Shown here: positions 38,105-47,650 of the stretch, one piece after another
Position numbering within the stretch: position 1 is the first letter of the stretch
Layout of the letters: every line of letters begins with the position of its first letter
Source: Eledone cirrhosa
Taxonomy: Eukaryota
Direction of reading: 5' to 3'
Assembly (NCBI GenBank): GCA_964016885.1
Contig: OZ024743.1
Coordinates: 150,226,001 to 150,290,000, forward strand
Length of the DNA stretch: 64,000 bases
Translations under genes and position numbers: made by a program
The notes under the pieces: model-generated
The model's database searches: none
Told to the model about the DNA's origin: nothing
The model's input: only the letters and a program-made list of their open reading frames with translations

Positions 38105-41100
38105 AATGGAAAAATTTAAACAGGAACAAAACAGAGAGGCAGTACAACGAATGTTTATTAATTTCACGCTCTGGAGAGTGGGGTGGTGGTGGGGAACGAC
38201 GTTTCGGGTATAAGCCCTTCCTCAGGTGAGAAGTGTGTGGGAACAGAGTTCAAAGGGTGTGTAGGGGAGTGGTGGAGAGACATATAGCGAAAGGAAATGC
38301 GAATGAAATTAAAAATAAAAATAAAAATAAAGCATGATCAAAATAAAATGAAATGAAATAAAAATAAATATAAAAGCATGATCAAAATAAACTGAAATTA
38401 AAAAGGGGTAAAACAGGTGGTGGAAGGGTGTGGGGTGTGTAGGGGTGGTGGCGGGTGGAGTGGGGAGAAGGAGACGGGGTGTCCGAGCGGGGAGGGCTGA
38501 AGGTGGTGTGTGTGTGTAGGTGTACGTGTGTGTGTGTGTGTATGTGAAAGTAAGGGTTGGGGGAAGAACAGGGTTGCATGTTCAGGAAGAGGTGTGAGTG
38601 TGTGGAGGGGGGGGGGGGGGGGGTTGTAGGTCGGAGTGTCTGTGCGTGTGTGGATAGAGGGGTGGGGGGAGAGGAATCAGGAGGCTGAGGGTGTAAATAT
38701 GTGGTGGAAAGCACGTGTGTGTGGGGGTTTAAGCGTGTTGTGGGTGTAGGTGGCGTGTGGGAGAAAAACATTTTTTGGGGTGTTGTGTGGGTGAGTTATA
38801 TAGGTGATTCCGTAAGAGGATGGTTGAAATGTTGGTAAATTCCTATGATGTTTAGTAGATTCCGTGGTGGTGAAATTCCGCATGCGAGTATTCCATGAAG
38901 AGATGATCGGAAGAGGAGAGATGTGGGATGCGCGCGCAACAGGAAGTGGTCAAACGGCGGGAGTGCTGTGTGTCTGTTTGTGCTGGGAGGTGGCAGAGGG
39001 CATAGCAGCAGTCAGGTGGAATGATAAAGGGGCGAGGATGGGTAGGTGTGAAAGTTGGAGTGAGGTGGGTGTGTGTGTGTATTAGTAGAGGTGTTAGTGG
39101 GATGAGTGAGTGTGGAGCGAGGGTGTGGGTGGAGAGGGGAGAGAAGGGTGTGTGTAGTTCTATGGAGGGAGTGTGGTGTACTGGTGTGTGTGTAGTGATG
39201 AAGGGGGTTTTAGTGGGTGTTAGTATACGGGAGGTGGGGAAAGGGTTGAATGCAGGTGTGAGTGGGGGTTAGTGGTGGTAGGGTGTGTAGAGTTGGTGGT
39301 GTACGAGGGTGTGTGGGTACGTGTGCGTGGGGTTGGGGGTGTTAGTGATGTTAGTTGCGTGTGGGGTGGGTGGTGTAAGTGGGTGCGTGTGTTCGTGTGC
39401 TTGGGGTCAGGGGGTGTTAGTGAGGTTAGTTGCGGGGTGGTGGGATGGAGGTGTGGGGGTGAGGGTTAGTGGTGGTAGTAGGGTGTGTGTTTAGTGTGAG
39501 CGCGTGTATATATATGCCGGTGGGTGTGCGCGTGTGATAAGGAGGGGGGAGGAGGAGAAGAAGGGAGGGATGTTAGTATGTTAGTTGGGGAAGGGTGGTC
39601 GGATGAGGGGTGGAGTGGAGGTGTTAGTATTGTTAGTTGTGGGGTGGGCGGTGAAAAGGAGGGGTGTGTTAGTGGTGTTAGTGGGGGATAAGTGTGGGGG
39701 GAGGGGGCGGTTGAAGGCTAAAGGAATAAGGGTGGGGAGTTCAGGCCGGGGGGAGTGTGGGTCTGTAAGATGAAGATAGTTCTTTGTCCGACTCTAAGGC
39801 GATTGGCGGGTGTTCCGTGGCATTGGAGTAGACCACAGACTGTGAGATGGCGTGCGGAATGTCCAGGGCCACCAAAGTGGCGGGCGATGGGGGAACTACC
39901 ACCGAGACGAATATCCCGGAGGTGGTCAGTGAATCGGTCCGCCAGGCGACGTCCCGTCTGTCCGACATAAGTCGCGCTGCACTCCGTGCAGCGAAGTCCG
40001 TAGACTAGGTTGGAGGAGGTGTAACGGAACGCATGCCGGACAGAGAGAGAGTGGCCGTTGGGACCCTGGAAGGTGGTGGTGTTGGTGATGTGGGGACAGG
40101 TGTTGCAGCGGGGCCTAGAACAGGGAAAGGAACCGGGGGGAGAAACAGAGCGTGGGTTGGGGGGTAGGGAGCTGTGGACGAGGAGGGTGCGGAGATTGCG
40201 TGCGCGTTTGAAGGAGGGGAGTGGTGGGGTTGGGAAGATGTGGGAGGTGGAGGGGTCGGACTGGAGGCGTTGGAAGAGGCGGCGGATGGTGCGGTGGAGG
40301 GGTAAGGTGGAGGGGTGGTTGGTGATGGGGAAGGGGAGACGGTGGGTGGGTGTGCGGTGGCGTGGGGTGAGGGTGGTGGAGCGGGGGACAGCACGGGCGC
40401 GGGTGAGAGCGGTGTGGACGAGAGAGGGGGGTAACCTCTGCGGATGAAATGGCTGACTAGGGAAAGGGCCTGGGACTCGAAGTCAGCATCTCAGCTACAG
40501 AGGCGGCGGATCCTGAGGAGTTGGGAGTAGGGAATGGAGTGTTTAGTGTGGGTGGGGTGGGAAGAGGTGAAGTCGAGGTAAGAGTGGGAGTCAGTGGGTT
40601 TGAAGAAGGCGGAGGTGACGAGGGAGTGGTGGGAGGGGTCGAAGGCGACGGAGATGTCTAAGAAGTGGACGTGGGTGGTGGAGATAGAGGTGGTGAAGTG
40701 GAGGGAGGGGTGGAAGGAGCAGAAGAAGGAGAGATAGAAGTCGAGCTGTTCTCGGGTGAGGGTCGTGGCTCCGATACAGTCGTCAATGTAACGACCGTAC
40801 AGTTCGGGCGTGGGGCCGGTGTACTGGGCAAAGATTTGGGCCTCAACATGGCCAACTAAAAGGTTGGCCTAGTTGGGGCCCATTCTTGTGCCCATGGCTA
40901 CCCCCGTGACCTGTTGGTAAAACTCACCCGAGAAGGAGAAACAATTGAGGGTGAGGACCAGCTCGGCGAGGCGAAGGAGGGTGGGGGGTGGAGGGAATGG
41001 GGGAGGGGCGAAGGTCGAGGTAGTGTTTGAGGGCGCGTAGGCCGTCGACGTGGGGGATGACGGTATAGAGGGACTTGATGTCTAGGGTGAAGAGGAAGGG

Positions 41101-42315
41101 CGCAGGGCGTGGTTGGTGTCGGAGATGTGGGAGGGGAGGTGGTGACAAGGGGGGCGAGGATGGAGTCGAGAAAGGCGGAGATGAGTTTGGTGGGGCAGTT
41201 GCAAGCGGAGACGATGGGGCGGCCGGCGTTGTCGGGTTTGTGGAGTTTGGGGAGGAAGTAGATGGTGGGGGTGCGGGGGGTGCGGACGAGGAGGTGGGAA
41301 GCGGGGGGGGGGGGGGGGGGCGATAAGGTCTTGGATGGTGGAGGAGACTTGTTGTTGGTTGAGGGGGGTGGGATCGGAGGGTAGAGGGCGGTAGAAGAGG
41401 GGGTTACAGAGCTGCCTCAGGGCTTCGGCCGTGTAGAGGTTCGCGCGCCACACCACCACGGCGCTTCCCTTGTCCGCCGGTTTGATGACGATGTCATCTC
41501 GGCTACGGAGGGAGCGGAGGGGGTTACAGAGCTGCCTCAGGGCTTCGGCCGTGTAGAGGTTCGCGCGCCACACCACCACGACGCCTCCCTTGTCCGCCGG
41601 TTTGATGACGATGTCATCTCGGCTACGGAGGGAGCGGAGAGCGAGGAGTTCGCCCCGTGAGATATTGTACCGTTTGGAACGGTGGCGGAAGTCGAAACGA
41701 TTTACTGCGCTACGGCTGGCATCGACGAACGCGTACAGGGTGGTAAATTGCCCTGGGGCCGGCGTCCAAGAAGATGGTCGTCGGCCCAGGGCGAGAAACG
41801 GGTCTGGGGCGTCCGGAGCCGGTGGCGTTCGGCCGAAATGTGCCTGTAGCTTAGTGCGTCGCACGAATCGCTCGACTTCCGTTCGGGTGCGGAACTCGTC
41901 GCTGTGCGGAGTGTGGGGTACGAAGCGAAGGCCTCTACTAAGGAGTGAGCGCTCAGGTGCGGAGAGGGGAAGGTCAGGGGGTATGGTGACAACAAGTGGT
42001 GGGGTTTGGGTGTGTGGGGGGAAGGGAGGGTGTGGTGAGGGGTGAGGTGGAGGGTGGAGATTGGGTAGGGGTGTGGGTCGAGGGAGAGGTGGAGAGTGGT
42101 GGGCGTATGGGGATGGGCGGGTGGTGGTGGATGGGGGTGGTTGGGAGGAGTGAGTGTAGCTTGCGGGCTTTGGTGGAGCTGAGGAAGGAGAAGAGGTTGT
42201 GGTTGAGGTTTTGGATGAAGGAGAGGATGGCTTGGGCGAGGAGGGGGTGACAGGTGGAGTTAAGGCGGAGGAGGGTGGACGTCAGTTGGTGGTCAAGTTG
42301 GCGAGGGCCATGCTG
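38105..42315 (-). mobile_element. GC-rich Penelope/Poseidon-type element, near full-length ORF disrupted, long C/A-rich 3' UTR
   Basis: IVIKPADKG, LFTLDIKSLYTVIPH, GVAMGTRMGP, GRYIDD, SNLVYGLRC..C..YVGQTGRRLADRFTDH; ORF ends at ~39719; stops and frameshifts present. Confidence 0.93.
38196..38227 (-). ncRNA. Minimal hammerhead motif at 3' end of the GC-rich PLE
   Basis: AC-CTGAGGA-A-GGG-CTTATA-CCC-GAAA-CG-TC-GT; stem I very short. Confidence 0.55.
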
Positions 42316-42796
42316 GTAATAAAAAGACACAAGCACCTGTTGGTTTTCACTTCAATTTATTATAATTTTCCAGTTGGTTGGTTGATTCGATAGCCAGATG
42401 GTTGTTTATATATTGTCAAAGCTCTTTCGTCACACATTCTGTGACCTCCTCAGTGGGTGGGTTTTTATTTTGCGTCTCTCCTTTGTTCTGTCCTACACCA
42501 TCTTGTTTTTGTGTGTTGTGTGCTGTGTGCTTGGTTTGCACATGCATTACATCCGGGGGTGTGTGTGTTTTTATTTATTTATTTATGTGTTTATTTACTA
42601 ATTGGTTGTTTGTTCTATCTGTGTCTGTCTGGTTTCTTTTATTAGATTTGTTTTTGTGTGTGCCTGTATGTCTTCATTTTTTTTCTTAATTACTAGTTGT
42701 GATGTTGCTATTCCACTCATGTTTTCTATTTAATTTTTGTTGGAGTTCAGTTATGTTTGTTGCCTCTATAATTTGTCTGAGCATTGCATCTTTTCT
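42316..42796 (-). mobile_element. PLE 3' fragment (same family as 6722-7325) with HHR motif at 42415-42457
   Basis: Nucleotide similarity to 6750-7230; CTGAGGA-G-GTCACA-GAATG-TGTGAC-GAAA-GAGC-TT-TG. Confidence 0.8.
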
Positions 42797-42888
42797 ATAT
42801 ACTGTAGTACACATTTGGTATAAATAACCAAGAGTTAGAGCACTCAGTCCATAGGATGAGTATAACTTTTTAAAGCAGTGACATGTAA

Positions 42889-42934
42889 AAGTACTTAAGT
42901 TTCGTTGGGTTATTCATCCCAGCTCATTCAGCCT
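42889..42934 (-). ncRNA. Hammerhead-like motif with 1-nt core insertion
   Basis: AGG-CTGAATGA-GCTGGG-ATGAATAA-CCCAAC-GAAA-CTTAAG-TA-CTT; palindromic stem III. Confidence 0.5.
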
Positions 42935-43426
42935 GACATATAAATAAAAATGGCTTCCCACCATGGCGATTTTAGAAACAATAGTAGAGTTCTAAATGTA
43001 GGTAATCATGAATTTATCTATAAATAGACAATTCCATTGAATAATGTAAATGAAAAGGGAAGTATCTATGAGAAAAAAAACAAGGTGGGTAACTTGTGTT
43101 ACACAGGTAGCCCAGGGGTTAAGTTGAAAAGTCGAAGAAAATAAATTGAATTAATCTAGTCTAGACAATTTTTCAGAACAAATTTTTGTTTCATCAGGCC
43201 CCCCTACTACACCTCAGCTCTAAGCAACAGCAGTTCTCAAACCAGCAAAATGGTTTGAGAGCTGAAGTGGGTGAAGATGTGTGTGTGTGAACTTGACCTG
43301 TACAGCACATTTGTTTATTTCCTTCTTCCAGTAATTTCTCTGCACCAACACACTTCTCCTTGTCCTTCTCTTCTTTCGATTTTTTCATCTGCCTGTTACC
43401 CACCTCGTATATGTATATACATGCCT

Positions 43427-43494
<68 letters not shown>

Positions 43495-43526
43495 GTGTTT
43501 TTGTTTTGTTTCATTTATTAACTATA

Positions 43527-43598
<72 letters not shown>

Positions 43599-43699
43599 GG
43601 TATGGTCCCGTGATTCCTGATGCAGTCATAGAGGCGCCATATTGACATACAACGTCTCTTGGGCATTTCTGAGTACAGGAGAAAATGAGAGGGAGGAGA

Positions 43700-43885
43700 G
43701 GAGAAAGAGATATAGAGGAAAAATCGACCCGAGTACTAGACTGGTACTTTTTTTTTATCAAACTCAAAAGGAGGAAAGGCAAGGTTGCCTCGGTGGCATT
43801 TGAACTTAGAGGGTGCAGAGAGCCAGAATGAATACTATCTACAACGCATTCTATCTGACGTTGTAATAACTCTGCCAATTCACTA
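43700..43885 (-). mobile_element. Decayed tRNA-derived SINE
   Basis: CTGGTACTTT..AAAGGCAAGGTTGCCTCGG..TTTGAACTTAGA core. Confidence 0.65.
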
Positions 43886-43886
43886 C

Positions 43887-43928
<42 letters not shown>

Positions 43929-43934
<6 letters not shown>

Positions 43935-44196
43935 AAAAAACAAGATGGCGTAGGACAGAACAAAGGAGAGGCACAAAAAAACAAAGAAAAGAATCCCCAG
44001 TCACTGAAGAGGTAACAGGATGTGTGACGAAAGAACTTTGACAATATATAAACAACCATCTGGTTGTGGAACCAACCAACCAACCGGGAATTTATAAATT
44101 CCTAAATTTATAAATTTATTATAATAAATTGAAGTGAAAGCGACTGGTGCGTGTGTTTCTTATTGGCAACATGACCCTCCCAAAGTATAACAATAT
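43929..44196 (+). mobile_element. Solo PLE pseudo-LTR between (TA)n tracts, HHR motif at 44000-44042
   Basis: Reverse complement of 6722-6975; GTCA-CTGAAGA-G-GTAACA-GGATG-TGTGAC-GAAA-GAAC-TT-TGAC. Confidence 0.85.
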
Positions 44197-44198
44197 AA

Positions 44199-44239
<41 letters not shown>

Positions 44240-44257
44240 TCTTCTTTCTTTATAATG

Positions 44258-44303
<46 letters not shown>

Positions 44304-44368
44304 CATTATAAAGAAAGAAGAAACATTAGATATAATTAATAAGATATACCATATCTAAATTTCTTCAC

Positions 44369-44465
44369 TATCCTCGACTACGTAGTTTCGTTACTTATTA
44401 TGCAACAACACTACATCACAGAGATGCAGTATTTTTGTGAGGTTTACCGACTTATCAAGAGGATA
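44369..44465 (-). ncRNA. Type-I hammerhead motif, U3:A8 core, long stem II
   Basis: TATCCTC-TTGATAA-[62 nt incl. 11-bp hairpin]-GAAA-CTACGTAG-TC-GAGGATA. Confidence 0.72.
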
Positions 44466-44611
44466 CCTCATGTAGAGTTTCAAAACACGTCCGTAGGACG
44501 CGAGATAGAATCCCGAAAGGCGGAGGGGGAGTCCATCACGTGATACAGTGGTCAAGAAACAGAGCTAAGCCTCTTACAACCAAGAGAAAAATACCACAAA
44601 AGGCGGAGGAG

Positions 44612-44885
44612 GTATTTATGTGAAGGCCATAGAACAGATGGCCAGGAGGGCGAGAAGTTTGAGTAATGTAAGCTATACAGCAGTCATTACACTTCAGTGG
44701 TTACTCTACCGTAGGGAGTTATAAACAATATAAAGAAATACACAGACACATGCGAGTATTTATTTATATTGTTTATAACTCCCTACGGTAGAGTAACCAC
44801 TGTAGTTTAGTGACTGCTGTATAGCTTACATTACTCAAACTTCTCGCCCTCCTAGACATCTCTTCTACGGCCTTGACATAAATAC
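44612..44885. repeat. Imperfect fold-back inverted repeat (~130-bp arms)
   Basis: 44612-44741 versus 44756-44885. Confidence 0.9.
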
Positions 44886-46043
44886 GGTGCTGACGATAGC
44901 TAATAAGCTTGAAACTAGTACATCGTTCCTTTGTAAGTGTTAAACAAAAGGGCAACGATGGTTGCTAAACACTGTACGACCTAATTCGGGATGTTTGTTT
45001 ACAAACAAACCGAGCATTATAATAAATGTTCGGTGAATCCATACGTACATATATATATGTGCATGAATGTATATATATACATACTACTGTACGTCTGTAT
45101 ACATATATGTATGTACGTATACATACTTATATTTAAGTAACAGCCGTAATAAGAGTGAAAAATGAAATTTCGTTTCATTTTTTTCATTTATCGTTTTCGG
45201 TGCGCCCGGCCAATTAACTCACACTCGATATGCAAATTAGGCTGCTCAGCCCTTAATATGCATAAGGAAAATATATACTTTCAGACGTTCAATCATCTGA
45301 CAGGAAGGTATACGGTGCTGACGATAGATAATAAGCTTGAAACTAGTACATCGTTCCTTTGTAAGTGTTAAACAAAAGGGCAACGATGGTTGCTAAACAC
45401 TGTACGACCTAATTCGGGATGTTTGTTTACAAACAAACCGAGCATTATAATAAATGTTCGGTGAATCCATACGTACATATATATATGTGCATGAATGTAT
45501 ATATATATACATACTACTGTACGTCTGTATACATATATGTATGTACGTATACATACTTATATTTAAGTAACAGCCGTAATAAGAGTGAAAAATGAAATTT
45601 CGTTTCATTTTTTTCATTTATCGTTTTCGGTGCGCCCGGCCAATTAACTCACACTCGATATGCAAATTAGGCTGCTCAGCCCTTAATATGCATAAGGAAA
45701 ATATATACTTTCAGACGTTCAATCATCTGACAGGAAGGTATACGGTGCTGACGATAGATAATAAGCTTGAAACTAGTACATCGTTCCTTTGTCAGTGTTG
45801 AACAAAAGGGCAACGATGGTTGCTAAACACTGTGCGTCTTAATTCGGGATGTTTGTTTACAAACAAACCGAGCATTATAATAAATTTTCGGTCAATCCAT
45901 ACGTACATATATATATATGTGTGTGCATGAATATATACATACTACTGTACGCCTGTATACATATATTTTTGTACGTATACATACTTATATTTAAGTACCT
46001 GCCGTACTAAGAGTGAGAAATGAAATTTCGTTTAATTTTTTCC

Positions 46044-46047
<4 letters not shown>
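44882..46047 (+). mobile_element. Tandem retrozyme-like array: 2.7 units of 428-430 bp, each starting with a minimal hammerhead ribozyme
   Basis: HHR motifs at 44884-44926, 45312-45354 and 45742-45784: ACGGTG-CTGACGA-TAG(C/A)TAATAAGCTT-GAAA-CTAG-TA-CATCGT. Confidence 0.85.
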
Positions 46048-46096
<49 letters not shown>

Positions 46097-46290
46097 GATA
46101 AATCTACCAAGAGTTTACGGTAGTGTCCAATCCGTATGAAGAACTCAATGTATTCCGGATATCATGGAAAGAAGAGATGCAATGAAAAATCACTTTCGGT
46201 GAAAGATAAACGGAATACAGAGTCAAGATAAAATATTAAACAAATAATGAATAAAACAATGAAACAGTTCCTTATATTAAACAAAAAAAG

Positions 46291-46445
46291 TTCATTATTT
46301 AACGATCGTTTCTAGGATATATATGTGTTAGAATTGGCATGCATATTCAACAGATCTATGTACAAAATTGTACAAAATTATACAAACTATCAAGATTAAA
46401 TATACATACCAAACACACATATATGCCGTCTTCAGAAATAATGAA
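46291..46445 (-). ncRNA. Type-I hammerhead motif with 116-nt stem II (left palindrome arm)
   Basis: Mirror copy of 47106-47260. Confidence 0.72.
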
Positions 46446-47105
46446 ATATATTTATTGATAATAACAACAATTCAAAATTTCAGGTCCGTTTGGGAACGGA
46501 GTTCAAATTGACCAATGAAAATACAAAAATTTGTTTATGCAGTTTGGTGTGTGTATATACATGTAACTAACTTCGTACACATATTTATACAAAGATATAT
46601 GCTCAACATGCATACGCATGCCAAAAAGATGTATGCAAATACAAAAATTCAAGGCTAATGTCTCTGTAAGTTTATAATCCACAGATAAAATGCGTATAGA
46701 CACATAAATATGAAATAAGTGTATACACATATTCATATACTCACACATATCCGTACACTCACACACACACGCGCGTATATGCATAAACATACACATAATT
46801 ACGAACATGAGTATGTGAATATGTGTATACACTTATTTCATATTTATGTGTCTATACGCATTTTATCTGTGGATTATAAACTTACAGAGACATTAGCCTT
46901 GAATTTTTGTATTTGCATACATCTTTTTGGCATGCGTATGCATGTTGAGCATATATCTTTGTATAAATATGTGTACGAAGTTAGTTACATGTATATACAC
47001 ACACCAAACTGCATACAAAATTTTTTGTATTTTCATTGGTCAATTTGAACTCCGTTCCCAAACGGACCTGAAATTTTGAATTGTTGTTATTATCAATAAA
47101 TATAT

Positions 47106-47260
47106 TTCATTATTTCTGAAGACGGCATATATGTGTGTTTGGTATGTATATTTAATCTTGATAGTTTGTATAATTTTGTACAATTTTGTACATAGATCTG
47201 TTGAATATGCATGCCAATTCTAACACATATATATCCTAGAAACGATCGTTAAATAATGAA
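47106..47260 (+). ncRNA. Type-I hammerhead motif with 116-nt stem II
   Basis: TTCATTATTT-CTGAAGA-[116 nt]-GAAA-CGATCG-TT-AAATAATGAA: perfect 10-bp stem I, palindromic stem III. Confidence 0.75.
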
Positions 47261-47650
47261 CTTTTTTTGTTTAATATAAGGAATTGTTTCATTGTTTTAT
47301 TCATTATTTGTTTAATATTTTATATATATATATATATATATATAAAATTTTGTCGTTTTGGAAGCCTCAAAAATGCAGATGGGTAATTCTCCGGGTAAAA
47401 GAGAGAAATGTAAGAGGAAATGTAGAATAAGATGTATAGTGTGTAGAGGAACGTAGGAAAGAGCATAAAAATTAAATATAATAACACGAGATAGAGTTAC
47501 CTTGGGAGAGATTTAATTGTCCCCACATTTCGGATTCCGTATCTATCAACTGGGGGGTTTTCCGAAGGGGAAAGTTATCTGTCGCAGAGGAACGGTACGT
47601 GGCCTCTGTTGTCCGCCGTTTGTATGTATATATATATATATATATATATA

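Larger units (their letters stand above)
46228..47323. repeat. 1.1-kb palindrome (~516-bp arms, 64-bp spacer)
   Basis: 46228-46743 is the near-perfect reverse complement of 46808-47323. Confidence 0.95.

Noticed and set aside
38382-40859. Pro-rich and Gly/Val-rich ORFs
   Set aside because: Alternative frames of the C-skewed PLE and its 3' UTR.
45162-45801. Duplicated 69-aa ORFs in the tandem array
   Set aside because: No recognisable protein features; they span the ribozyme cleavage site; treated as incidental.
46503-47048. Mirror-image 109-aa ORFs
   Set aside because: A consequence of the palindrome and low-complexity sequence.
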